Below are positions 55,099-62,946 of a stretch of DNA of 62,946 bases, piece by piece. A program made the position numbers and the translations under genes. The stretch lies in NCBI GenBank assembly GCA_005878615.1, contig VBLT01000120.1, forward strand, positions 1 to 62,946, read 5' to 3'. Source of the stretch: Methanobacteriota archaeon (lineage in GTDB: Archaea; Thermoplasmatota; Thermoplasmata; RBG-16-68-12). Position 1 is the stretch's first letter. Each line of letters begins with the position of its first letter. Below the pieces are notes generated by a model. The model saw only the letters and a list, made by a program, of their open reading frames with translations, was not told the DNA's origin and ran no database searches.

Positions 55099-56118
55099 AT
55101 GCCCCTCGACCTGGACCTCAGCAAACTCCGATTCGGGACCGAACTGCTCAAGCGCGGCTTCGCGAAGATGCAGAAGGGCGGGGTCGTCATGGACGTCACG
55201 AACGCGGAGCAGGCCCTGATCGCCGAGGAAGCCGGCGCGGTCGCCGTCATGGCCCTCGAGCGCGTCCCGGCGGACATTCGAGCCGCGGGCGGGGTCGCGC
55301 GGATGGCCGATCCGGTCAAGATCCAGGAGATCATGGACGCGGTCACGGTCCCTGTGATGGCGAAGTGCCGGATCGGACATGAGGCCGAGGCGAGGGCGCT
55401 CGAGTCCCTCGGCGTGGACATGATCGACGAATCCGAGGTCCTCACCCCCGCAGATCCATTCTTCCACGTCAACAAGAGGGGATTCGAGGTCCCGTTCGTC
55501 TGCGGGGCGCGCAACCTCGGGGAGGCCGTGCGCCGCACCTGGGAAGGCGCCGCCATGATCCGGACGAAGGGCGAGGCCGGGACCGGGGACGTCGTCGAGG
55601 CGGTCCGCCACATCCGACTCGTCACCGCAGCGATCGCGGAACTGAAAGGCCTCGAAAACGACCGGCTCCTTGCGGTCGGGACGAAGTTCGCGGCCAGCTA
55701 CACCAAGCTCTTGGAGGAAGTCCGGACGGCGCAGGGCTCCGATCCGACCGTGCGGGAGGCGGACGTCGTGTTCGCGGGCGCCACCCTCGACGACATCACC
55801 GAGGGAATCTACCAGGTCCTCTTGGAAATCAAGAAGCTCCAGCGTCTCCCGATCGTCAACTTCGCAGCGGGAGGCGTGGCGACACCGGCCGATGCGGCCC
55901 TCATGATGCTCATGGGCTGCGATGGCGTCTTCGTCGGCTCCGGCATCTTCAAGGCGGAGAACCCGGAGACGCGGGGCCGCGCCATCGTGGACGCGGTCGC
56001 CCACTTCGATGATCCGTCGACCGTCGCGGAGGTCTCGAAAGGGATCGGGCTCGCGATGAAGGGCCTCGACGCTAAGGCCCTGCCGATCGAGGCGCGCCTC
56101 CAGGACCGCGGTTGGTGA
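55099..56118 (+). CDS. pdxS: pyridoxal 5'-phosphate synthase lyase subunit PdxS
   Basis: [35 protein letters not shown]... [15 protein letters not shown]... with the archaeal-type insertion. Confidence 0.95.
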   Translation: MPLDLDLSKLRFGTELLKRGFAKMQKGGVVMDVTNAEQALIAEEAGAVAVMALERVPADIRAAGGVARMADPVKIQEIMDAVTVPVMAKCRIGHEAEARALESLGVDMIDESEVLTPADPFFHVNKRGFEVPFVCGARNLGEAVRRTWEGAAMIRTKGEAGTGDVVEAVRHIRLVTAAIAELKGLENDRLLAVGTKFAASYTKLLEEVRTAQGSDPTVREADVVFAGATLDDITEGIYQVLLEIKKLQRLPIVNFAAGGVATPADAALMMLMGCDGVFVGSGIFKAENPETRGRAIVDAVAHFDDPSTVAEVSKGIGLAMKGLDAKALPIEARLQDRGW

Positions 56119-57082
56119 GTTCCGCCAACAGCGCATCGAGGGCCTTCGTCACCCGGCTGCCATGGAGGGACGACACCGCGATGCCTTCCGTCCGCGGGCC
56201 TCCGAGGTCCGCTTTGTTTGCGAGGACGAGCAGGGGGACCGCGGGAAAGAGACTCCGGATCTCGGCGAGGAGCTTCCGTTGGTCGTCGAGCGGGTAGCCG
56301 CAGGTCTCCGTGGGATCGAGGAGGAAGAGGATTCCGTCCGCGACGTGGGAGAGCGCCGAGATCGCCTGGCGCTCCATCGCGTTCCTCTTCGCCATCGGTC
56401 GATCGAGGAGGCCCGGGGTGTCGAGGATCTGGAAACGCTCCACCCCCCGGTCGAAGTGACCGATCGAAACCCGTTTCGTGGTGAAGGGGTAGTCCGCGAT
56501 CTTCGGTCGACCGGAGGAGACCGCCCGGACAAAGGAACTCTTCCCCACGTTCGGATAGCCTGCGACCACGACCGTCCGCAGGGCGGGGTCGATCTCCGGG
56601 AGCCGTCGGAGGGCGCGACGGGCCTCGGTGAGCGCCTCGAGATCCGGCCCGACTTGTTCCACGAGCGACGAGAGTCTGCCGTACGCCTGCTTCCGCAGCT
56701 CCCCGATCGAGTGGCCTTCCGACTTGCCGATTCGGCGACGATAGTCGCGCGCCATGTTCGCCGTTCGGTCCGCCGCCCAGTCGATCGCGCCGAGGTGTTT
56801 CTTGAGCTGGTTCGCATCGACCAAGATGTCGACGAGCTCGCGGTAGAAGGGCGGCAGCCGGTCGAGGCTGGGGAAGCCCTTCACGATTCCCCGGAGGGTC
56901 GACTCGATCGTCTGCCCCGCGATACGGACGCGCGCCGCGGCGAGGTTGCGTGCCCGCGCGATCCGATCGGGTCCCGTCGCCGTGGCCTTGGCGGCCCGGC
57001 CGAAGGCCTTGTCGAGAAGGCCGGTCGCATCGAGGACCGACGGCAGTTCGAACACGGGGCGTCGGAACCGACCCCACACCAT
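56072..57082 (-). CDS. NOG1-family GTP-binding protein
   Basis: Internal ATG 57082 of ORF 56072..58009. [22 protein letters not shown]. Confidence 0.85.
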   Translation of the reverse strand: MVWGRFRRPVFELPSVLDATGLLDKAFGRAAKATATGPDRIARARNLAAARVRIAGQTIESTLRGIVKGFPSLDRLPPFYRELVDILVDANQLKKHLGAIDWAADRTANMARDYRRRIGKSEGHSIGELRKQAYGRLSSLVEQVGPDLEALTEARRALRRLPEIDPALRTVVVAGYPNVGKSSFVRAVSSGRPKIADYPFTTKRVSIGHFDRGVERFQILDTPGLLDRPMAKRNAMERQAISALSHVADGILFLLDPTETCGYPLDDQRKLLAEIRSLFPAVPLLVLANKADLGGPRTEGIAVSSLHGSRVTKALDALLAELTNRGPGGAPRSAGP

Positions 57083-57096
57083 AAGGGTGTGGGCCG

Positions 57097-57615
57097 TCAA
57101 GCGGGGAAGAATTCGCGCGCGACGAACCAGATCGCTCCAAGGATCGCCACGCGATTCAGGGCCGCGAGGAAATTCGCGATCAGGAACATGTTCCGCTCCA
57201 GGGCCTTCCCTTCCTGGTTGAAGACGGAGTACACGTAGATCGGGATCGTGTCGCTCATGAGAGGGATGCTCAAGAGGAGGTACAGCCCCGCGTATCCGGT
57301 CTTCTGGACCAGCGTCTCGGCCTTTCGGACGGTCCAGTCGGCGACCCGCCAGCGGGCCGACCACTTCCGAATCGATCCTTCGATGTTCAGGCCGAAGATG
57401 AAGATGAGCCACGCGCCGAACGTCTTGCCCGCGGCGATGGCCAACCCCGTTCCGAGGAGGAATCCGAAGTTCTGGTCGGCGAGCGGTTTTACGAGGGCGA
57501 TCTCGATCGGGATCGGGAGGATGATCGCGACCAGGATCGCATAGCCGAAGGCCAGGAGCATGTAGATCCAGGGGGTATTGTACGAATCGAGCAGGATCTG
57601 GAGGAGGTCGACCAC
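57097..57615 (-). CDS. DedA/VTT-like membrane protein
   Basis: 172 aa with 4-5 TM segments. The call rests on the general DedA-like layout only. Confidence 0.45.
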   Translation of the reverse strand: MVDLLQILLDSYNTPWIYMLLAFGYAILVAIILPIPIEIALVKPLADQNFGFLLGTGLAIAAGKTFGAWLIFIFGLNIEGSIRKWSARWRVADWTVRKAETLVQKTGYAGLYLLLSIPLMSDTIPIYVYSVFNQEGKALERNMFLIANFLAALNRVAILGAIWFVAREFFPA

Positions 57616-57669
57616 GGCGCTCGGCGTCGTATCGGACCGGGGCTCTAAAAACCGCCGCCGTGAGTCCGT

Positions 57670-58620
57670 TCAGCGGGAAAGAGGGTGGAGTTCGCCGTCC
57701 TGGGTGAGCAGGACGACCCGACTGTCCTCGCGTTCGGCGGCGATCTTGTAGTCCAGCCGCTCTCCCAGGCCCTCGGCGAAGGACCGGATCGACGCGTGGG
57801 TGGGGACGTTGTCCGCCTCGAGGCGGAGCCGGCTTTCTCCGACGAAGCTGTAGCCCTTGCACTCGATGAACATCGGTTTCGCGCGGCGGTCCAATTCGGC
57901 GTACTCGTCCTCCCACCCGAGGTTCCATCCCTCGACCAGCGTGTGGCGGATGACCGTCCGGGTCGGCAAGGTCGGCAGGAGGGCGAGCGTCTCCTTCAGT
58001 TTCTCCCATTCGTGGCCGGATTTGGGGACGACCAATTTCCGATAGATCGCCTCGTTCGGAGCCGCGACGGTCACATAGAGTTGCGTCGGAAGGCGGCCCT
58101 CCGAGTGCAGCCGTCGCAGGGCCGCTGGAGTCGTGCCGTTCGTCACGAGGAACGTCGACATGCGGCGACGTTGGAACTCATCGATCATCTCGCCGAGGCG
58201 ACGATACAGGGTCGGCTCTCCGGTCAGGCTGATGGCCACGTTCGTCGGATGCCACGCTTCGAGGAACCGCTCCCCCGAGACGTTCGGGTTGCCCTTGAAT
58301 CCGCTGAGGAGTTCCCGCTGGGCGCGGATCGAGTCCTCGACGATCATGGCGGGGTCATCCGCGAGCAAGAGGGAGTCGGAGCCCCACTCCTGGGTGCGCC
58401 AGCAGAATTGGCAGGCGAGGTTGCAGGCGTCGACGGTCGGCGTCATCTGGAGGCAACGATGGCTCTCGATGCCGTAGAAGGTCTGCTTGTAGCAACCGAC
58501 GCCCTTCGTCAGGCTGGCTTTCGTCCAGTGGCACAGCTTGACGCCACTGTGCTCTCCGACGATGCGATAGCCCTGCCGCTCCAGGACTTCCTGCTTCTCC
58601 GCATCCATTCGGCGGCGCAT
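57670..58620 (-). CDS. taw1: 4-demethylwyosine synthase Taw1 (TYW1), radical SAM
   Basis: GVKLCHWTK, CYKQTFYGIESHRC, radical-SAM CNLACQFC. Confidence 0.9.
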   Translation of the reverse strand: MRRRMDAEKQEVLERQGYRIVGEHSGVKLCHWTKASLTKGVGCYKQTFYGIESHRCLQMTPTVDACNLACQFCWRTQEWGSDSLLLADDPAMIVEDSIRAQRELLSGFKGNPNVSGERFLEAWHPTNVAISLTGEPTLYRRLGEMIDEFQRRRMSTFLVTNGTTPAALRRLHSEGRLPTQLYVTVAAPNEAIYRKLVVPKSGHEWEKLKETLALLPTLPTRTVIRHTLVEGWNLGWEDEYAELDRRAKPMFIECKGYSFVGESRLRLEADNVPTHASIRSFAEGLGERLDYKIAAEREDSRVVLLTQDGELHPLSR

Positions 58621-58632
58621 GCGGGGCGGAGG

Positions 58633-59190
58633 TTAAAGGGCTTTCGCGCTCGGCGACGACGGCCGGGCGACGCCGTTGCGCATCCCTCCCCGCAAGGAGA
58701 GGAGGTCGACTTCTCCCCGGTGAAGCTCGACCGGCCGGAACACATCGTCCTTCGCCAAGATCGACTCGAGCCGTTCCATCCCGTCTGCGAATCGCAGGTC
58801 GTGGATCTTGAGTCTCTTCCCCGCATGCATGAACGGGCGGGCGATGTTCGTGGTGAACGCGGCCTCGATCCACGTTCGGTCCACTCCGGACACGCCGCGG
58901 AACACCCACCAGGGATCGTAATGGACGAGGTGAGCAAGGTCTTCCAGCGGGACTGATTCGATCCGTCGGAGGTCCGCTTTCGATCCGGTCGAGTGCAAGC
59001 GCGATCCATCCCAGTTGATGGGCTCCGCGAAGATTCGAGGAGGGCTTCCCACGAGATCGAGGACCACGAAAGGCACCTTCCACGAAGCGTCGACGAATGG
59101 CAAAGTGTACTTGGTCAGGAGTTCGGAGTCGGCGAGGTCGAGCCGCCGGCCGACGATGGCGCGTTGGCGGATTCCCGACTCATGCGGCAT
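58633..59190 (-). CDS. hypothetical protein (185 aa)
   Basis: Protein-like composition; no family recognised. 11-nt overlap with the rfcL stop region. Confidence 0.4.
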   Translation of the reverse strand: MPHESGIRQRAIVGRRLDLADSELLTKYTLPFVDASWKVPFVVLDLVGSPPRIFAEPINWDGSRLHSTGSKADLRRIESVPLEDLAHLVHYDPWWVFRGVSGVDRTWIEAAFTTNIARPFMHAGKRLKIHDLRFADGMERLESILAKDDVFRPVELHRGEVDLLSLRGGMRNGVARPSSPSAKAL

Positions 59191-60580
59191 CGGATTCGTC
59201 CTCGTCGAACGCGGGGAGCGAGCCCTCCTTCGACTCGGTGGCGCGAGACCCGGCGACGAGGGCCGCCTTCTCGAGGAGGTGCTTCACCGCGTGGCTCGAC
59301 TCGGGCTCTTCCATCAGGAGGGCGACCTCGGCGTCCTCGAGGCCGAGGGTGGCCGTGAGATTCACCCGCAGCTCCTCGTCGCCCTGAAACAGCATCCGGA
59401 TCGTCGGGAGGAGCTCGTCGAGGACGAGGGTCCGCGACACGTGCAGGTGGCGAGCGAGTTTCGTGGCGAGGGACGTCCGCGCCCCGCGCTGCGCCCGGGA
59501 GCGCGCCATCTGGATCAGGTAGTACGGGAACTCGAGCTGGCCGCCTCGACCGCGTCCCTTCCGCGCGGACGCGACCCCGCTCGACATCAGCTCCTTCGCG
59601 TAGGACCAGAGGCCGAAACTCTGTCGCCGACGGGCCCGCCCCAGGAAAACGTCTGCGCGGCTCAGCGCATCATACCCGCGGGCCAAGTCGTCGGGACGGC
59701 CGAACTCGTGGCCCAGGTTCTGATCGACCCATAAGATGAGGTCTTCCGGGGATTCGTCGAGTCCCGTCGCCGCGTCTTTCGCGCGCCGCGCATCTCCGGA
59801 CCGGAGGATCTCCTCGATCGCGGGGAAAATCGTGCGCTCTCGGTCGCGGTATCCGAGGGCCTTCGTGCCGGTGCCTCGAACGGTGTCTTTACCGATCGCG
59901 AGCGACTCGAGGTCGTTGATTGCGGACCGCAGATCTCCGGAGGACCGCTCGACAATCACATCGAGGACCTCCGAGGCCGCCTCGACGCCCTCCTCAGTGG
60001 CAATGGTCCGAAGTATGTTTTTCATGGCGTCATCGTGAATAGGTTGAAATTTGATGGTCTTGCTTAATCGCTTCAGGGAGGACGATCGTCGGGTGAGCCC
60101 GTAGTAGTCGTTCGCGATCAGGACGATCGGCTGCCCGCTGGTCTGGATCGTCTCGACAATCGCGCCGATCCCTCCGCGGTCCTCCCGGCCGAACACGTTG
60201 TCGGCCTCGTCGAGGACGATCAGCTTGCGGCCTCCTTGGTCCGCTCGGAGGAATTCGCCGGAATCGCTGAAGGTCTGCAGGACGGCCCCGCGCGTCGCGA
60301 CCTTCCGAATCGCCTCCGCGTTCCGGCTGTCCGAGGCGTTCATTTCGACGACGCTCCAGCCCATCTCCTTCGCGAGGGCGAGCGCGGCGCTGGTCTTCCC
60401 GATGCCGGGAAGGCCCTGCAAGATGACCGCTTTCTTGTCCGGTCGACCGCGCTGCCATGCGGCCGCCCACTTGCGGAGCTCGGCGACCGCGGTCGGATTC
60501 GCGACGATGTCGTCGAGGTCCTTCGGTCGGTGTCGCTCCGCCCAGTTCATGCCCGCTCCGAGAATCGGACGCGCGGTCAT
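59180..60580 (-). CDS. rfcL: replication factor C large subunit
   Basis: WAERHRPKDLDDIV, Walker A GLPGIGKTS, Walker B LIVLDEADN. ATG 60550 is the alternative start. Confidence 0.9.
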   Translation of the reverse strand: MTARPILGAGMNWAERHRPKDLDDIVANPTAVAELRKWAAAWQRGRPDKKAVILQGLPGIGKTSAALALAKEMGWSVVEMNASDSRNAEAIRKVATRGAVLQTFSDSGEFLRADQGGRKLIVLDEADNVFGREDRGGIGAIVETIQTSGQPIVLIANDYYGLTRRSSSLKRLSKTIKFQPIHDDAMKNILRTIATEEGVEAASEVLDVIVERSSGDLRSAINDLESLAIGKDTVRGTGTKALGYRDRERTIFPAIEEILRSGDARRAKDAATGLDESPEDLILWVDQNLGHEFGRPDDLARGYDALSRADVFLGRARRRQSFGLWSYAKELMSSGVASARKGRGRGGQLEFPYYLIQMARSRAQRGARTSLATKLARHLHVSRTLVLDELLPTIRMLFQGDEELRVNLTATLGLEDAEVALLMEEPESSHAVKHLLEKAALVAGSRATESKEGSLPAFDEDESDAA

Positions 60581-60675
60581 AACCCTATCACCTACGTGGC
60601 GAAATCTTGCGATTTAGCACAAACATATGATTTGTATAGCTGTTACAAAACCGAATAGGAATTTATATGTTACAG

Positions 60676-61326
60676 CTAAACAGGCTTTTGATTGCCGATT
60701 TCTGTGCTTTGCACCGACTTCTCGACCGAATCGCAAAGCTCAGACAGGAATTGGTCGTAAGTTTTTCGAAACTTCAGCCGGTACAATCGATTCCGAGTCA
60801 CGGTCGACAACTGGATCGTCGTCAGGTCCCGGGTTTTCTGCGTGGGAGAGGTCTGCGCACTGATTGTCGGCATGGGCTTCACCGGACTAGGTTTTGTCAA
60901 ACCGGGCATTGCCCCCGTTTCCGTATACACTCGGTAGACCGAAGGTCTACGGATGCTTCCATCCAAGGCTGGGTCAATCCCTGGAGGATGAAGAATACAG
61001 CGCGGACTGCCGGGCTCAATTATCGCGTTGCAAGCCCTGCAGAGCAGCCGAAATCCTGATTCACCGCGGAGAATCTTGAAACTCAAGTCTGCGGAGTGAG
61101 TTTTGCGCGTCAGTCGACGCCCACCCCCGTTAATGTGGTCGAACTCCAGTCGGTTCGGCCCGTACACGTCGGTCCACCCGCAACAGGCACAACGGGGGGC
61201 GCCTTGAGACAACAGTATCATGGCTCTGATCCGCCGACGTCGTCTCGATTGCCGCTGCAGCGCACGATATGCATCTGGATGAGCCTTGCGCCAACGTTTC
61301 ACGGCTTCGGTCGACTTATATGGCAT
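60676..61326 (-). CDS. HNH-endonuclease-like protein with C-terminal RHH-like segment
   Basis: CACCGW...EFDHINGGG...LLCRACN is an HNH-type motif. The C-terminal part is IQLSTVTRNRLYRLKFRKTYDQFLSEL. Confidence 0.6.
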   Translation of the reverse strand: MPYKSTEAVKRWRKAHPDAYRALQRQSRRRRRIRAMILLSQGAPRCACCGWTDVYGPNRLEFDHINGGGRRLTRKTHSADLSFKILRGESGFRLLCRACNAIIEPGSPRCILHPPGIDPALDGSIRRPSVYRVYTETGAMPGLTKPSPVKPMPTISAQTSPTQKTRDLTTIQLSTVTRNRLYRLKFRKTYDQFLSELCDSVEKSVQSTEIGNQKPV

Positions 61327-61486
61327 CGGACATTGGTTGGAGGACCGGAGCTCTATTTACATATCTCCGGGCTAGGCGAAGGTAATGCGCCCAGTTCATG
61401 GCGAACCAAGACGGAGCAGCGAACGGGTCGCGTTTATTGCGAACCTTTGGGCGTTTGTAGTTGCCATTCAACAACGGCTGGAACGG

Positions 61487-62215
61487 CTAGTCGACGTAGT
61501 CCTCGAGTCGAAGGTGCGGTGTTTCCGTTTTTCTTTGATCGGGTCGTCGGATTCTCCGTTGCATTTCATTTTGGACTCGGTTAAACGTGTCAATCTCGAT
61601 GAGCGGATCGTGCTTCCCTCGCTTGATTCCGCCGTTCAACCGCGAGAGTCCACAGTAGACCGGGTTGCTGAGGATATTCGCAATAGTCTGACTCGCCCAG
61701 GCTCGTCCAGTCTTCGTCCGGTACCCATCCCGATTTAGTTCTTGGCAAATTTTCGCGATACCTCGGCCTTCAAGATAGCGACGGAAAATCAAAGAAACCA
61801 CGCGGGCTTCTTCTTGCTTTACTTGGAGGATCCCGTTTACGTAGTCGTAGCCATACGGACTTGCATATGTGAGGAATGCATTTGCCTTCTTCACTGCATT
61901 GTTCAAAGCATCCGCGTTTTGTTGGCCACGAGCCCTTCGGATGACTTCACGTTCATTCAGGTCGCGCTCGATGCAGAGTTTGCGCAAGGCATCTTCTTCC
62001 GTTTCCGAATTGTAGTGCTGCAAGAGTTCTCGCGTAGAGCCAAATCGCATATAGATTTCCCAGAACAGTAAAGCGTCCGTTGGAGCACTGTCGACACAAT
62101 GCTTACAGAGGATGACCTTCTCTTTCCGAATTGTAGGATCCGCGCGCGGATTAGCTTCGACTTCATGGTTCACAAGGTTCTTTGAAACCCAGCAACGCCC
62201 GCACCGCCCCTCCAC
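61487..62215 (-). CDS. recombinase-domain protein lacking a resolvase catalytic domain (N-terminal CxxC...CxxC zinc ribbon)
   Basis: PYGYDYVNGILQVKQEEARVVSLIFRRYLEGRGIAKICQELNRDGYRTKTGRAWASQTIANILSNPVYCG is paralogous to the recombinase domain of the upstream gene. GTG start 2 nt after the upstream stop. Confidence 0.6.
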   Translation of the reverse strand: MEGRCGRCWVSKNLVNHEVEANPRADPTIRKEKVILCKHCVDSAPTDALLFWEIYMRFGSTRELLQHYNSETEEDALRKLCIERDLNEREVIRRARGQQNADALNNAVKKANAFLTYASPYGYDYVNGILQVKQEEARVVSLIFRRYLEGRGIAKICQELNRDGYRTKTGRAWASQTIANILSNPVYCGLSRLNGGIKRGKHDPLIEIDTFNRVQNEMQRRIRRPDQRKTETPHLRLEDYVD

Positions 62216-62217
62216 CT

Positions 62218-62946
62218 TCAGGCCTCCAGCAAAACGGGGGGCGATTGAGCGTCCGTGTTCAGCGCGCGCGAACGCAGTCGTTCCTGGGTTTCGTTGTATT
62301 CGGCTACGGAGACGAGGGGTTCGTGCTCAGCTTTGCGGGTGAATTGGTCCCACCGCAAGAAGCCCGCATACACCGGATTGTGCAGAATCCGGTAGACTTT
62401 GAAGGCGGTCCAGGCGGTTTCCCGTTTCGTCCGAACTCCCGATGCATTCAAACCCGACGCTATTTCTTCCAGCGTCTCTCCCGCTGCACATCGCTCGAAG
62501 ATCTCACAGACGACCGCGGCTTCGCGATCGTTTCGAACGAGTCGGCCCTCCGAGATGTCGTACCCGAGAGGGGCGTGGAATCCCAGGATCCCGGGGCCCT
62601 CCTTGGCCTTCTGCGACATCCCCATCTTGACTCGCTCCCCGATCTGCTCGGACTCGAGCTGCGCGATCCTCTGGATGATGTCCATCACGAAGCGGCCCAT
62701 CGCGGTGGACGTGTCGAGGGACTCCGTGGCGGACACGAAGTCCTTCTCCCATTCGCCCAATTGATCCATCATCTCCATGAAGTTCCGCGCGTTTCGATGG
62801 ATCCGGTCCATCTTGATCACGAGGATCGCGTCCCACCGATCACGTTCCTCGAACATGCGTTGATACGCGGGCCGGCGGGTGTTGCGGCCGGAGTGCCCAT
62901 CGTCCACATACAGGGCCGCGACCTCCCAGCCCCGGGCCAGACAGTA
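62218..62946 (-). CDS. serine recombinase (resolvase + recombinase domains), N-terminus outside the window
   Basis: The frame stays open to the window edge (..YCLARGWEVAALYVDDGHSGRNTRRPAYQRM..). AILVIKMDRIHRN and GRFVMDIIQRIAQLESEQIGERVK (E-helix). Recombinase domain PLGYDISEGRLV...ILHNPVYAG. Confidence 0.8.
   Translation of the reverse strand, partial: YCLARGWEVAALYVDDGHSGRNTRRPAYQRMFEERDRWDAILVIKMDRIHRNARNFMEMMDQLGEWEKDFVSATESLDTSTAMGRFVMDIIQRIAQLESEQIGERVKMGMSQKAKEGPGILGFHAPLGYDISEGRLVRNDREAAVVCEIFERCAAGETLEEIASGLNASGVRTKRETAWTAFKVYRILHNPVYAGFLRWDQFTRKAEHEPLVSVAEYNETQERLRSRALNTDAQSPPVLLEA

Larger units (their letters stand above)
60600..62946. mobile_element. partial integrated element (HNH protein + two serine-recombinase-family genes), continuing beyond the window
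   Basis: Abrupt shift to visibly A/T-richer sequence after the rfcL start. Recombinase genes are present. The left boundary is only approximate. Confidence 0.55.

Noticed and set aside
56072-56118. 47-nt convergent overlap of the pdxS and NOG1-GTPase 3' ends. The ileS and acnX-Nudix genes also share a CTAG for their two stop codons (51716-51719).
   Set aside because: Convergent 3' overlaps are common in compact genomes, and the NOG1 tail ([11 protein letters not shown]) is low complexity. No special mechanism is implied.
1-62946. Looked for CRISPR arrays, rRNA genes, inteins in infB/rfcL/lonB/ileS, tRNA introns and additional tRNAs.
   Set aside because: No regularly spaced direct repeats or rRNA-like segments were seen. 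The protein lengths of the usual intein hosts are normal apart from the ileS C-terminal module, which is not intein-like. Only tRNA-His could be folded. A by-eye scan cannot exclude small ncRNAs such as C/D box sRNAs.

Overview
High-GC archaeal chromosomal segment. Archaeal markers include RpoK, aIF5B, L7Ae/S28e/L24e, LonB, the RFC large subunit, Taw1 and eS4/eL32/eL19. Genes are tightly packed, with many ATGA/GTGA stop-start overlaps. Recognisable blocks in order: rpoK-eno-rps2; the minus-strand rpl7ae-rps28e-rpl24e-ndk-infB block; hyuA-hyuB-TctA-like followed by a wHTH-V4R regulator; lonB-small ORF-NMNAT; three tandem Ras/Rab-like small GTPase paralogs. Next comes the large r-protein cluster rpl3 to secY (28.4-42.2 kb), which includes RNase P protein Rpp29 and a 48-aa S14 missing from the ORF track. 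After that: a NitT/TauT-type ABC transporter, argF, tRNA-His, a very long ileS, an AcnX operon, pdxS, a NOG1 GTPase, taw1 and rfcL. From about 60.6 kb to the window end there is a visibly lower-GC integrated element with an HNH protein and two serine-recombinase-family genes. Most long R/G/P/D-rich ORFs in the track are antisense or off-frame shadows of real genes and are not called. The most unusual observations are: (1) ileS reads without a stop into an HhH + triple zinc-ribbon + DUF835-like module; (2) the GTPase triad has a shared 18-nt palindrome upstream of both of its transcription units; (3) an AcnX small-subunit-Nudix fusion sits in a four-gene overlapping operon; (4) L24e carries a ~145-aa C-terminal extension, and other r-proteins carry K/E/A/P-rich tails; (5) two Cys-rich small ORFs are translationally coupled to their neighbours and are not offered as separate ORFs by the track; (6) a split or tandem serine recombinase pair includes a catalytic-domain-less member. 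All functional calls rest on motif recognition by eye; no database search was run.
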